A stretch of 64,000 nt of DNA from Acidimicrobiales bacterium (GTDB taxonomy: Bacteria; Actinomycetota; Acidimicrobiia; Acidimicrobiales; Aldehydirespiratoraceae), in contig JBDNJK010000121.1 in assembly GCA_041687805.1 (NCBI GenBank), positions 19,222 to 83,221 of the forward strand. Reading direction: 5' to 3'. A program made the position numbers and the translations under genes. Below, in pieces: positions 43,436-53,507 of the stretch; the stretch's first letter is position 1; each line of letters starts with the position of its first letter. The notes below the pieces were generated by a model that was not told the origin of the DNA, made no database searches, and worked only from the letters and a program-made list of their open reading frames with translations.

Positions 43436-44341
43436 ATGCAGCTCGAACCGTTGCTTCGGCGTTGTCGGTTCCCTGAGGGAACCACACCGCTAGCCCTCGG
43501 TGTGAGCGGTGGTGCCGACAGCACAGCCATGGCGTTGCTGGCCGCGGAGTTGGGCCGAGAAATGGTGTTGTGGCACGTCGACCACGGCCTCGGGCCTCAA
43601 GCAGCCACGTATGTCGACATGGTCGAAACGCTGGCCGAACGGCTGGGCGCTCCGCTTGAATTGAGATCGGTCGAGATCGCCGATGGCTCCGATCTCGAGG
43701 CCCGGGCGCGATCTGCGCGTTACGCGGCCCTCCCCGACGACGTGTGTGTTGCTCACACCGCCGATGATCGTGCGGCGACAATCTTGTTCAATCTCTTTCG
43801 AGGGGGTGGGCTGGCAGGAGTGGCGGCTTCGTTCGAACGGGTGAACAGGCCTCTCATCGGCCTGCGGAGAGCGGAGACAGTGGCCGTGTGTCGCCACATC
43901 GGTGTGCCATTTGTCGACGATCCAATGAACGACGAGGACACCTTCACGAGGGTGGCGGTGCGTCGTCGTCTGATGCCGCTGGCAGCTGAGATCTTCGGCC
44001 GGGATCCAGTTCCCCTGCTGAATCGTCATGCCGACACCGTGGCCGACGCCCTTGCTGTTGTTCGGCTGGCGGCCGCCGCGGTCGACGCGACCGACGTGCA
44101 CGCGTTGCGGGAGGCACCCATGGCAGTGGCCAGCGAGGCGTTGAGGATGTGGATTCGCGATGAGACAGGTTCGACCGCATCGGTTGATATGGCATCGATT
44201 GAACGTGTGATGGGCGTGGCCAGAGGAGAGGCCATCGCGACCGAGGTGGTGGGTGGTCATCGCGTTGCCAGAACCGCTGGCCGACTCAGGTTGGAGAGGG
44301 CTGAAAACGGCGGCAATGATCCCGCTATGGTCGTGCAATGA
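43436..44341 (+). CDS. tilS: tRNA(Ile)-lysidine synthetase
   Basis: PP-loop LGVSGGADSTAM. Start moved to the ATG at 43436. Confidence 0.85.
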   Translation: MQLEPLLRRCRFPEGTTPLALGVSGGADSTAMALLAAELGREMVLWHVDHGLGPQAATYVDMVETLAERLGAPLELRSVEIADGSDLEARARSARYAALPDDVCVAHTADDRAATILFNLFRGGGLAGVAASFERVNRPLIGLRRAETVAVCRHIGVPFVDDPMNDEDTFTRVAVRRRLMPLAAEIFGRDPVPLLNRHADTVADALAVVRLAAAAVDATDVHALREAPMAVASEALRMWIRDETGSTASVDMASIERVMGVARGEAIATEVVGGHRVARTAGRLRLERAENGGNDPAMVVQ

Positions 44342-44886
44342 CTTCGAACGCCCCCGCAGGACGAATTGGCGGTGAGGTGATCAGCGCCGAGGATGTCGCC
44401 CATCGTGTGAAGGAATTGGGCCGTCAGATCACGCTCGACTATCAGGGTCGTCCGCCGCTGATGGTCGGTGTGCTCAAGGGTGCATACGTGTTCATGAGTG
44501 ATCTCGCCCGCGAGATCCGGCTGCCTGTGGAATTCGATTTCATGGCGGTGTCGTCTTACGGCGAATCCACTCAGTCGAGTGGTGTCGTGAGAATCGTCAA
44601 GGATCTGGAGACCGACATTGCCGATCGAGATGTGCTTCTGGTGGAAGACATCGTTGATTCCGGCCTGACCCTCCGGTATCTGCGACGGCTCTTGAGCGAC
44701 CGCAAACCCGCGAGTCTGGAAGTGTGTGCGTTGTTGGTTAGAGAAGGGGCAAAGGTAGACGACGTCAAGTATGTCGGTTTCCCAATTCCCCCCGATTTTG
44801 TGGTTGGTTACGGCCTCGACGTGGCCCAGCACTACAGAGAATTGAGGGGCATCATGGTGTTCGAGCCAGCGGAGTCCCAACAATGA
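44338..44886 (+). CDS. hpt: hypoxanthine phosphoribosyltransferase
   Basis: PRPP loop [13 protein letters not shown]. Confidence 0.9.
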   Translation: MTSNAPAGRIGGEVISAEDVAHRVKELGRQITLDYQGRPPLMVGVLKGAYVFMSDLAREIRLPVEFDFMAVSSYGESTQSSGVVRIVKDLETDIADRDVLLVEDIVDSGLTLRYLRRLLSDRKPASLEVCALLVREGAKVDDVKYVGFPIPPDFVVGYGLDVAQHYRELRGIMVFEPAESQQ

Positions 44887-45497
44887 CCAATTCCGACGCC
44901 AAGCCGCTCATCCCCGGTATTCACGCTCCCGAGGTCGACACCGAGCGCATAGCGGTTGCTGTTCGCGAGATCCTGTTCGCTATCGGTGAGGATCCCGATC
45001 GCAACGGGCTTCTCGATACCCCCAAGCGGGTGGCCCGCATGTATGCCGAGGTCTGCTCAGGTCTTCACGAGAGTCCGGGCGATCATCTGGCTGTCACGTT
45101 CGAGGCGGGTCACGAAGAGTTGGTGATGGTGCGTGACATCCCGGTGTATTCGTTGTGTGAGCATCATCTTCTTCCGTTCTTCGGAACGGCCCACGTGGCA
45201 TACATCCCCAATGAGACGGGACGGGTAACTGGTCTGTCGAAATTGGCGAGGCTTGTCGATGGCTACGCCAAACGGCCACAGGTTCAAGAACGGCTAACTC
45301 GGCAGGTGGCCGACGCGGTGGAGAGTTCGCTCGCCCCGCGGGGTGTCATGGTGGTGATCGAGGCCGAACATTTGTGTATGTCGATGCGTGGCGTTCGTAA
45401 GCCGGGGTCGAGCACCGTCACCTCGTCGGTTACCGGAATTTTCCGTGAGAACGCGGCCACCCGCATGGAGGCGATGCGGTTTATCGAGCGGAGATGA
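44883..45497 (+). CDS. folE: GTP cyclohydrolase I
   Basis: [14 protein letters not shown] signature. Confidence 0.9.
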   Translation: MTNSDAKPLIPGIHAPEVDTERIAVAVREILFAIGEDPDRNGLLDTPKRVARMYAEVCSGLHESPGDHLAVTFEAGHEELVMVRDIPVYSLCEHHLLPFFGTAHVAYIPNETGRVTGLSKLARLVDGYAKRPQVQERLTRQVADAVESSLAPRGVMVVIEAEHLCMSMRGVRKPGSSTVTSSVTGIFRENAATRMEAMRFIERR

Positions 45498-46291
45498 CTC
45501 ACCAGTCGGCGCAAACCAAAGTTATGGGGATTGTCAACGTGACGCCCGATTCGTTCTCCGATGGCGGACTGTGGCTCGAACTTTCGGCGGCGATTGCTCA
45601 GATCGCTCGGCTGATCGAAGAGGGGGCGGCTGTCATCGACGTGGGTGGCGAGAGCACCCGTCCCGGCGCTGATTCCGTGCCTGTCGACGTCGAAATGTCG
45701 CGGGTGGTGCCGGTTGTGGCAGAAGCGGTAAAGCGCTGGCCGGGCTTGGAGATTTCGGTCGACACAACCAAGCCTGAGGTGGTCAGGGCCGCGGCTGCGG
45801 CGGGGGCGACAATTCTCAACGATGTGTCCGGTTCGCTGGAGGATGTGGCTGCCGACCTCGGTGTCGGTTGGGTGGCGATGCACGCCCTGGGGCCGAGCTC
45901 CACCATGCAGGACAATCCTGTCTACGACGATGTTGTGGCCGAGGTGTCGGAGTTCTTGGCCAACGCTGCTGCGAGAGGTAGGCGCGCTGGGATTCAGCGA
46001 GTCTGGATTGATCCGGGTATCGGGTTCGGAAAGACCACCGACCACAATCTGGACCTCATTGCGAATCTCGACCGGTTCACGTCGATCGCTCCAGTTCTCG
46101 TGGGTGTCAGCCGGAAGAGAACCATCGGTGATCTTCATGCTCTCAGCGACGGCACGGCTTCGGTCGCAACCGATGACCGGCTCGAGGGTTCGGTCGCCAT
46201 GGCCGCATGGTCGGCACATATGGGCGCCGACATAGTACGAGTGCACGATGTGCGGGCTACGGTCGATGCCGTGCGAATGGTTGTGTCATGA
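45494..46291 (+). CDS. folP: dihydropteroate synthase
   Basis: [15 protein letters not shown] and GESTRPG motifs. Confidence 0.9.
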   Translation: MTHQSAQTKVMGIVNVTPDSFSDGGLWLELSAAIAQIARLIEEGAAVIDVGGESTRPGADSVPVDVEMSRVVPVVAEAVKRWPGLEISVDTTKPEVVRAAAAAGATILNDVSGSLEDVAADLGVGWVAMHALGPSSTMQDNPVYDDVVAEVSEFLANAAARGRRAGIQRVWIDPGIGFGKTTDHNLDLIANLDRFTSIAPVLVGVSRKRTIGDLHALSDGTASVATDDRLEGSVAMAAWSAHMGADIVRVHDVRATVDAVRMVVS

Positions 46292-46902
46292 GAGGTAAGT
46301 GGGCCCAGGGGATTAAGCCGCGTCGCTTCACCTGGATCGTCAAGGATCGAGTGGCGATATGTGAACGGCCGGGTGGATACGGCGGCAATCATCGCCGGGT
46401 TCGTCGCCAAGAGGAGATCATCTGGATTCGCCAGAACGAGTTCGATTTCGTGGTCTCGCTGATTCCGTCCACCCACAATCTCCACAACTACGAGGAGATG
46501 GGTCTCCCGTTCCATCATGTGCCTTTCAGGGGGGTCAACGGCAGCCCACTCGATCTCACCCGGGCGATGGCATCGATCCGAGATCACGTGTCAGCCAACG
46601 AGAAGATCGTCCTTCATCGCGAAGAGGTGGGCGAGAGCGTGATGGGCTTGATCGCCGCGTATTTGTTGTGGACTGGTCTCGTGCAGAGCGGCCCTCAGGC
46701 CATCAGCGTGGCTGAGCACCTGTTCGAGTCGGAGTTGGGTCCTGCGGCTCGTCAGCTCGTCACGATGGTGAGCAGTTGCGATCCGTCGACCGATGTGGCG
46801 GTTGGAGCTTTCGTTCACTGCAACGATGCCCCCGACGGTTGCGACGACGACGATTCCGTGGATTCCGAGGCTCAGGCTCCCGACGCTGTAGATCAGGGCT
46901 GA
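46288..46902 (+). CDS. dual-specificity-phosphatase-like fold protein lacking the HCx5R catalytic Cys and Arg
   Basis: The overall pattern (W..D..A...RPGG..., VVSL, P..D) resembles the DSP/PTP fold. The P-loop position reads LHREEVGES instead of HCxxGxxR. Acidic C-terminal tail. ATGA overlap with folP. Confidence 0.55.
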   Translation: MRGKWAQGIKPRRFTWIVKDRVAICERPGGYGGNHRRVRRQEEIIWIRQNEFDFVVSLIPSTHNLHNYEEMGLPFHHVPFRGVNGSPLDLTRAMASIRDHVSANEKIVLHREEVGESVMGLIAAYLLWTGLVQSGPQAISVAEHLFESELGPAARQLVTMVSSCDPSTDVAVGAFVHCNDAPDGCDDDDSVDSEAQAPDAVDQG

Positions 46903-46910
46903 GGCCAACT

Positions 46911-47273
46911 TTGTCATCGCCGGCCATCCAACTTCGTGGGCTTCGTCTCATGTGTCTGTGCGGTGCTCTGCCGGAGGAGAAGTCGCGGCGTCAACCATAC
47001 GAGTTCGACATCGACGTCACGGCCGAGATTGAACCGGCCACCGAATCCGACGATCTCTCCGACACGATCGACTACGGCGGACTCCTTGATCGGATCGAGG
47101 CGGTCACCACATCTGAGCGCTTCAACCTTTTCGAGAGGATGGCTCAGAGAGTGGCCGAAGCCGTGTTGGAGGATCCGAGGGTTGAAACCGTTGCCGTCGA
47201 AGTCCGCAAGCTCAGGCCGCCGGTATCTCAAGATCTTACGTCCAGTGGTGTTCGGGTAGTGCGCCACAGATGA
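46911..47273 (+). CDS. folB: dihydroneopterin aldolase
   Basis: IQLRGLRLMCLCGALPEEK...FDIDV...DYGGL pattern. TTG at 46911 follows GAGG. Confidence 0.8.
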   Translation: MSSPAIQLRGLRLMCLCGALPEEKSRRQPYEFDIDVTAEIEPATESDDLSDTIDYGGLLDRIEAVTTSERFNLFERMAQRVAEAVLEDPRVETVAVEVRKLRPPVSQDLTSSGVRVVRHR

Positions 47274-47785
47274 ATTCGCCGGCCGGATTCGCTGAGCCCG
47301 GCCGTGATTGGAGGAGGGCATTTCTCGGCCTCGGCTCCAACATCGGCGATCGGGTCGCACACCTCGGTGATGCAGTGGCGGAGATCCCCGACGTAGTGGC
47401 GGTCTCCGCGGTCTATGAGACGGTGCCGGTGGGCGGACCGACCCAGGACGACTACCTCAACCTCGTGGTTCTGCTCCACACCGCTATCGACCCGCGCGGC
47501 TTGCTGGAGATCTGTCGGCAGCGGGAAGCCGCCGCGCAACGGGTCAGAGAGGTCCGCTGGGGGCCTCGAACTCTCGACGTGGATGTTTTGTGGATTGATG
47601 GTTGCGAAGTCGATGAGCCAGACCTCACGGTTCCCCATCCGAGAATGTTCGATCGCTCGTTCGTGCTGGTCCCGTTGGCGGATGTCGGGGCCGATGTAGT
47701 GCCGAGTGATTTCGACGTTGGAGTAGCGTCGCGTTGCGATGGTGTGGTGCGGCTCGGAACGCTCGACGAGTTGACCGACCAGTGA
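47270..47785 (+). CDS. folK: 6-hydroxymethyl-7,8-dihydropterin pyrophosphokinase
   Basis: AFLGLGSNIGDR...WGPRTLDVDVL...LTVPHPRM. Confidence 0.85.
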   Translation: MNSPAGFAEPGRDWRRAFLGLGSNIGDRVAHLGDAVAEIPDVVAVSAVYETVPVGGPTQDDYLNLVVLLHTAIDPRGLLEICRQREAAAQRVREVRWGPRTLDVDVLWIDGCEVDEPDLTVPHPRMFDRSFVLVPLADVGADVVPSDFDVGVASRCDGVVRLGTLDELTDQ

Positions 47786-47812
47786 GCCGTTGGCCCGGAA
47801 GCGAGGTGGGTT

Positions 47813-48559
47813 ATGCCCAAGGTACGAATCATCGGGTCGGGCAGGGGTGGTCTGTCGATGGCTGGGGCCCTTGCAGGTTCGGCTTTCGAGGTCGTTGAGG
47901 TCCTCGGACACAACGACCCCACAGAGTCGGCTGCGGTCGGTGTTGATCTTGTCTTGATCGCTACGCCCGATGACGTGATCAGCGATGTCGCGATGGCGGT
48001 GGCGAGTCAGGAACACACCGTGGTCTCACACATGTCGGGATCTTTGGGCCTCGACGTTCTTGCTCCTCATCAATTGCGGGCGGCCATCCATCCGCTGGTT
48101 GCCTTGCCAGATGCCGCGACCGGTGCTCGACGTTTGCGTGGTCATGCCTGGTTCGCTGTGGCTGGCGACCACATAGCTCTCGATCTCGTCGAAGAGTTGG
48201 GCGGTCGTCCCTTCGAAGTGTCCGACGAACACCGCGCCGAGTACCACGCAGCGGCGGTGATCGCCTCCAACCATTTGGTTGCTTTGCTCGGACAAGCCGA
48301 AAGAGTCGCGGCGCTGGCTGGCGTCCCGTTCGAGGCAATTCTTGATCTTGTGAAAGTCACAGTCGACAATGTCGTCGAACTCGGGCCGACCGCCGCTCTC
48401 ACCGGTCCGGCGGCCAGAGGTGACGAGGCCACCATCCGCCGACACCTCGCCGCCCTTGATCGGGATGAAGTTGTTGCTTACGAGGCTCTGGCCGATCAAG
48501 CGCGCCGATTGTCCGGCCGTTCTGCAGCCAACCCTGCCGCTGAGGGGGACCGACCATGA
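47813..48559 (+). CDS. Rossmann-like / DUF2520 oxidoreductase (possible ketopantoate-reductase analogue)
   Basis: VRIIGSGRGG dinucleotide fold and C-terminal LTGPAARGD motif. Conserved position upstream of panC. Confidence 0.7.
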   Translation: MPKVRIIGSGRGGLSMAGALAGSAFEVVEVLGHNDPTESAAVGVDLVLIATPDDVISDVAMAVASQEHTVVSHMSGSLGLDVLAPHQLRAAIHPLVALPDAATGARRLRGHAWFAVAGDHIALDLVEELGGRPFEVSDEHRAEYHAAAVIASNHLVALLGQAERVAALAGVPFEAILDLVKVTVDNVVELGPTAALTGPAARGDEATIRRHLAALDRDEVVAYEALADQARRLSGRSAANPAAEGDRP

Positions 48560-49410
48560 AGATCATCGACACTATTTATGATTTGCGAGTGGCGTTGAGA
48601 GAAGAGCGCGCCGATGGGCGTTCGATCGGATTCGTTCCCACGATGGGCTTTCTTCATGCTGGCCACGAGTCGCTCATGAAGGAGTCGCTGGCCGATAACG
48701 ATGTCACGGTGGTGTCGATATTCGTCAACCCGCTGCAGTTCTCCGAGGGAGAGGACCTCGGGTCTTATCCGGTGAACGCCCAAGGCGACCAGCGCTTGTG
48801 CGAGTTGGCCGGAGTCGACTATCTGTTCACGCCGAATATTGGTGAGATGTATCGATCGGTTGTGGCGACCAGTGTGTCGGTGGCGGGGGTGTCGATGCTG
48901 CTCGAGGGCCGATCACGGCCAACTCATTTCACCGGTGTGGCCACGGTGGTGGCCAAGCTATTTTCGATCGTCGGACCGTGCAGTGCGTATTTCGGAGCCA
49001 AGGATTGGCAACAGGTAGCAGTTGTACGTCGCATGACCGAAGATTTGTCGCTGCCTGTCGCGGTCGTGGACTGCCCGATCGTTCGTGAGGTCGATGGACT
49101 GGCCCTGTCGAGTCGAAACATCTATCTGAGCGATGACGAGCGTTCTCAAGCTCCGACTCTTCACCACGCACTTCTGGCTGGTGCCGTGTTGGTGGAGTCA
49201 GGCGAGACCGATCCGTTGGTCGTCGAGGCGGCGATCGAAGGCGTCATTGCCTCCGCCCCGTTGGCATTGCTTGATTATGTCGCTGCAGTGCAGGCCGACA
49301 CCCTCACGGTCGATGGACCGTTGCACGGAGATATTCGACTTCTCGTGGCCGCGAGATTCGGCCGTGCCCGCCTGATCGACAATCACGGATGTCGTAATGT
49401 GGGTGCATGA
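48556..49410 (+). CDS. panC: pantoate-beta-alanine ligase
   Basis: GFVPTMGFLHAGHESLM HIGH-type motif. Confidence 0.9.
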   Translation: MKIIDTIYDLRVALREERADGRSIGFVPTMGFLHAGHESLMKESLADNDVTVVSIFVNPLQFSEGEDLGSYPVNAQGDQRLCELAGVDYLFTPNIGEMYRSVVATSVSVAGVSMLLEGRSRPTHFTGVATVVAKLFSIVGPCSAYFGAKDWQQVAVVRRMTEDLSLPVAVVDCPIVREVDGLALSSRNIYLSDDERSQAPTLHHALLAGAVLVESGETDPLVVEAAIEGVIASAPLALLDYVAAVQADTLTVDGPLHGDIRLLVAARFGRARLIDNHGCRNVGA

Positions 49411-50264
49411 GCGATCAACCATCTTCTGAGTCGTCCAACGCATCGGCCTCACCTCCCCCCGACTGGTATCCGGACCCCAGTGGAGTTCATGAGCACCGCT
49501 ACTGGGACGGAACAACCTGGACCGACGACGTTTCTGATCACGGTCGTCAGTCCACCGAACCTTTCGCAGGGTCCGGCAAGGTGCCGACTTCGGGGGGTTC
49601 GCCAGACCAGATTCGACAGCAGGTCGTGGGGAAGGCCGGCGTGGGTTCGAGCGCCGTTGGTGGCGGTTCGATTTTCAGCGAACCGATTCTTGTGGTCAAC
49701 CAGAAGGCCAAGCTGATTGAGCTCAACAATGAATATGCGATCTACGACCAGAACGGCACTCAGATCGGTGCGATCCGCCAAGTTGGCCAAAGCACCCTCA
49801 AGAAGGTCGCGAGGTTCGTGAGCAGCCTCGACCAATTCATGACCCATTCGCTGCAGGTGGTCGACATGACGGGGAAGGTGTCGCTCACCGTTACTCGCCC
49901 CAGGAAATTCGCGAAATCCAAGGTCCACGTCACCGACGCTTCCGGTGATGCCGTTGGGTCGATCGTTCAGAAAAACATGATCGGCAAGATCAGATTCTCT
50001 CTCGTAGGGCCGGGCGGCGAGGTGGGAACGCTCAACGGCGAAAACTGGAGAGCGTGGAATTTCAACATCCAGGATGCCTCTGGCGTGGAGGTGGCTCGCA
50101 TCACCAAAACGTGGGAGGGATTGGCGAAGACCATGTTCACCACCGCCGACAACTATGTGCTGCAGATCCACCGCCCGCTCGAGGATCCACTCATGACCTT
50201 GGTGGTGGCGTCGGCAGCATCAGTCGACCTCGCCCTCAAGCAGGACGCCCGAGGGTTCGGCTGA
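49407..50264 (+). CDS. DUF2510 N-terminal motif fused to a scramblase/LURP-one-like (tubby-fold) domain
   Basis: WYPDPSGVHEHRYWDGTTWT followed by about 200 aa with a beta-barrel-like repeat pattern (KFAKSKVHVTDASGDAVGSIVQ...NFNIQDASGVEVARITK). Confidence 0.6.
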   Translation: MSDQPSSESSNASASPPPDWYPDPSGVHEHRYWDGTTWTDDVSDHGRQSTEPFAGSGKVPTSGGSPDQIRQQVVGKAGVGSSAVGGGSIFSEPILVVNQKAKLIELNNEYAIYDQNGTQIGAIRQVGQSTLKKVARFVSSLDQFMTHSLQVVDMTGKVSLTVTRPRKFAKSKVHVTDASGDAVGSIVQKNMIGKIRFSLVGPGGEVGTLNGENWRAWNFNIQDASGVEVARITKTWEGLAKTMFTTADNYVLQIHRPLEDPLMTLVVASAASVDLALKQDARGFG

Positions 50265-50292
50265 GCGTCAGCGTCCGCTAGCGTCATCGATC

Positions 50293-51087
50293 GTGCTGTT
50301 GGCCATCGATGTTGGAAATACCCAGACCGTGTTGGGCCTTTACGACCTCGCGTCTGATGTAGGTGAGGGCGCGTCTGCTGGTCTTGTTGATCACTGGAGG
50401 CTTTCAACGGAAGCCGATCGCACATCCGACGAAATGTCAGTGCTAGTTCGCTCATTGCTCGACACGGTGGGTGTCGATTTTGATGAGGACCTTTCCGGGG
50501 CGGCGATCTGTTCCGGTGTGCCGAGGATTCTCGCCAACCTCCGCGACATGGTCGAGCGTTATCTGCCGGTAGCTCCCGTCGTCATCGAGCCGGGTGTAAA
50601 AACCGGAATGCCGATTCTCTACGACAACCCGAAGGAAGTCGGCGCCGACCGGATCGCCAACGCCATTGCGGCCTACGACCTCTATGGCGGGCCGACCGTG
50701 GTGGTTGATTTCGGAACGGGCAACAACTTCGACGTGATCTCCGCCGACGGCGAGTTCATGGGTGGAGCGATCGCCCCGGGCATCGAGATCAGCCTCGACG
50801 CATTATTCGGAAGAGCAGCTGCGCTTCGGGCCGTCGATTTGGTGGAGCCCCGCAACGTGATCGGGAAGTCCACCGTCGAGTCGATTCAGTCAGGCACCAT
50901 CTACGGATTCGCGGCAATGATCGACGGAATGGTCGCCCGATTCGCGGCTGAATTGGGAGAGATACACGTGGTGGCCACCGGCGGCCTGGCCCATTTGATC
51001 GCTCCGGTTGCGGCTTCGATCGATGTGGTCGAGCCGTTCCTCACCCTTCACGGTCTACGGATCGTCCACCAACGGAACAATCGATGA
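50293..51087 (+). CDS. coaX: type III pantothenate kinase
   Basis: LLAIDVGNTQTVLG and VVVDFGT motifs. Confidence 0.9.
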   Translation: MLLAIDVGNTQTVLGLYDLASDVGEGASAGLVDHWRLSTEADRTSDEMSVLVRSLLDTVGVDFDEDLSGAAICSGVPRILANLRDMVERYLPVAPVVIEPGVKTGMPILYDNPKEVGADRIANAIAAYDLYGGPTVVVDFGTGNNFDVISADGEFMGGAIAPGIEISLDALFGRAAALRAVDLVEPRNVIGKSTVESIQSGTIYGFAAMIDGMVARFAAELGEIHVVATGGLAHLIAPVAASIDVVEPFLTLHGLRIVHQRNNR

Positions 51088-52544
51088 CAGATAACGAAGC
51101 CCTCCCGGAATACCCAGCCGTTCCCTACCGGTTCGACGTAACCCACTCGACCGCCGATGTCGCTGCCCGGCACACCAACCTGGAGCCTGGTGCGGAGACC
51201 GACCACGTGGTCACCGTCGCTGGAAGGCTGATGCTGCGTCGGGATCAGGGCCGTATTGCGTTCGGCACTCTTCAGGACTCGTCCGGACGCATTCAACTGT
51301 TTGCAACCATCAAGCTCACCGACAACTTTGAGGGTTTCACATCGCTTTCGATTGGCGACTGGATTGCTGTCACCGGCGTGGTCATGACCACCCGACGGGG
51401 CGAGCTGTCAGTACGCGTCGATCAGTGGACAGTGTTGGCCAACGCTCGTAGGCCGTTCCCCGACAAATGGCACGGTATTTCCGACCCGGATGTGCGCTAC
51501 CGCCAGCGCTACGTCGATCTGTGGGTAAGTGATGAGGCTCGAAACGCCTTCCAGAAACGTTCGGAAATCGTCGCCGCGATCCGGCGCAGGCTGGCCGACC
51601 AACAATTCATCGAGGTGGAAACCCCGATGCTTCATCCGATTCCCGGTGGCGCGGCGGCGCGGCCGTTCACCACCCACCACAACGCTCTCGACGCCGAGCT
51701 CTATCTGCGCATCGCGCCTGAGCTCTACTTGAAGCGGCTCGTGGTGGGCGGCATGGAACGAGTATTCGAGATTGGTCGCGTGTTCCGAAATGAAGGGATG
51801 TCGACTCGGCACAACCCCGAATTCACGATGCTTGAGCTCTACTGGGCGTACGCCGACTATCGCCAGATGATGGAGCTGGTCGAGACGCTCATCGAGGGTG
51901 TCGCCATCGATGTTCTGGGAACCTCGGAGATCGAATACGACGGTCGCAAGCTCGACCTTTCTGCCCCTTGGCGCAGGGCAACGATGGAAGAGCTGATTCT
52001 CGAACACGCCGGCGTCGAGGTGAGTCTCGACACCCCACGCGCCGAGTTGGTGGCGTTGTGCGAGAAGTTTGGAGTCGAGGTCAGGAATTCCTACGGACCG
52101 GGCAAGTTGATCCTTGAGATCTACGAGAAGACCACCGAGGCCGAACTCTGGGGCCCGATCTACGTAACCGACTATCCCAAGGAAGTTTCTCCGCTTTCGC
52201 GCGACCACCGCGATCGGCCCGGCTACACCGAACGATTCGAGGGCATCCTTGCCGGCCGTGAACTTTTGAATGCCTTCAGCGAGCTTCTCGATCCCGTCGA
52301 GCAGTTGGCTCGTTTCGAGGCTCAGGAAGCCGAAGGTGCGGCAGGCGACGACGAGGCGATGGTGGTCGACTCCGACTACGTGCGTGCCCTCGACTACGGC
52401 TTGCCGCCCACGGCCGGGCTGGGCATCGGAATCGACCGGCTCGTAATGCTGCTCACTGGTGCGACTACTATCCGCGACGTGATTCTGTTTCCCACACTGC
52501 GTGCCGAGGCCCCTCTGCCGGGCAAGATTTCTACCGACGAGTAA
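51084..52544 (+). CDS. lysS: lysine-tRNA ligase (class II)
   Basis: OB anticodon-binding domain plus class II motifs (FRNEG, GLGIGIDRLVM). Confidence 0.95.
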   Translation: MTDNEALPEYPAVPYRFDVTHSTADVAARHTNLEPGAETDHVVTVAGRLMLRRDQGRIAFGTLQDSSGRIQLFATIKLTDNFEGFTSLSIGDWIAVTGVVMTTRRGELSVRVDQWTVLANARRPFPDKWHGISDPDVRYRQRYVDLWVSDEARNAFQKRSEIVAAIRRRLADQQFIEVETPMLHPIPGGAAARPFTTHHNALDAELYLRIAPELYLKRLVVGGMERVFEIGRVFRNEGMSTRHNPEFTMLELYWAYADYRQMMELVETLIEGVAIDVLGTSEIEYDGRKLDLSAPWRRATMEELILEHAGVEVSLDTPRAELVALCEKFGVEVRNSYGPGKLILEIYEKTTEAELWGPIYVTDYPKEVSPLSRDHRDRPGYTERFEGILAGRELLNAFSELLDPVEQLARFEAQEAEGAAGDDEAMVVDSDYVRALDYGLPPTAGLGIGIDRLVMLLTGATTIRDVILFPTLRAEAPLPGKISTDE

Positions 52545-52547
52545 CCC

Positions 52548-53507
52548 ATGCGCATCGTCATCACCGGAATGGGCGGCGCCATAGGCACAGGCATCGCGCA
52601 GAAGCTGGAACGAGATCCCGACAACGAGATTCTCGGCGTCGATATGGTGCCGCCACGTCGCCACCTACGCCGCTCTGAGTTTCACCTTGTGAGGCCCGGC
52701 GAGGTCGCGGTGCGCACCCGACTGATTCGAGACTTCGATCCCGAAGTCATTATCCACATGGGGGTCTACGAACCTCATGCCAGATCCAATCCTGTCGACT
52801 CAACCCGCCGCACCCGCGCCGTCACCCGTTCGGTCTTCCATGCTGGGCTCGACTGCGGGTCGCTACGCCATGTTGTGGTGCGGTCGGGCATCGAGGTCTA
52901 CGGGCGTGAGCACGGCACAGCTTTGCGGCCGGATGAGGAAGCTCCAATAAACCCAACCACCAGGTTCGGTAGGGCGTTGGCCGAGGTGGAGGAATCCGCG
53001 AGAGCGTTTTCGTCGCTGCGAGATATTCCGGTCACCGTGCTGCGGTTCGCTCCCATTGTCGGGCCTTACATCCCCAGCCCGCTCGGGCGGTATCTCCGTC
53101 TGCCGGTCGTGCCGGTCGCAGCAACCTCCGACGCTCCGATTCAGCTGATTCACATTGACGATGTGCACGACGCCACGGTTGCGGCTGTGAGGGAGAGGAT
53201 CGGTGGAGTTTTCAACATCGTCGGTGAGGGCGCGGTCACCGGGTCTCAGGCAGCGAGGCTCGGCAAGCGTCTCGTCATGCCGGTTTGGGGTCCCGGATGG
53301 AACGTCTCGAAGTTGGTCACGGCGGTATTTGGTGCGCCCCTGCCGGACCACACCATTGAGGCCATGAGTCGAGGGCAGACCGCCGACGGGAGCAAGGCCC
53401 ACACGAGCCTTGATTTCGTTCCCGGTCGAACCACCCGAGAATGTGTCGAGGATCTTTATGAGTGGGCCTCGATCATCAGGGTCGATGTGGATCGTGACGT
53501 CGCATGA
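52548..53507 (+). CDS. NAD-dependent epimerase/dehydratase-family protein (atypical SDR)
   Basis: VITGMGGAIGTG Rossmann motif. At the usual PxxxYGxSK position the sequence is PTTRFGRAL, so Tyr and Lys are absent. Resembles Mtb galE2 (Rv0501). Confidence 0.7.
   Translation: MRIVITGMGGAIGTGIAQKLERDPDNEILGVDMVPPRRHLRRSEFHLVRPGEVAVRTRLIRDFDPEVIIHMGVYEPHARSNPVDSTRRTRAVTRSVFHAGLDCGSLRHVVVRSGIEVYGREHGTALRPDEEAPINPTTRFGRALAEVEESARAFSSLRDIPVTVLRFAPIVGPYIPSPLGRYLRLPVVPVAATSDAPIQLIHIDDVHDATVAAVRERIGGVFNIVGEGAVTGSQAARLGKRLVMPVWGPGWNVSKLVTAVFGAPLPDHTIEAMSRGQTADGSKAHTSLDFVPGRTTRECVEDLYEWASIIRVDVDRDVA

Noticed and set aside
51408-52664. Long antisense ORFs opposite well-recognised genes. Examples: 418 aa opposite lysS; 361 aa at 56573..57658 opposite clpC; 320 aa at 45284..46246 opposite folP; 317 aa at 21866..22819 opposite glnII; 273 aa at 32726..33547 opposite nhaA; 282 aa at 43490..44338 opposite tilS; 262 aa at 47228..48016; and 207 aa at 24627..25250.
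   Set aside because: Their translations are Arg/Ser/Pro/His-rich with no recognisable motifs. They lie opposite genes with clear family signatures. Such open antisense frames are expected in GC-rich DNA.
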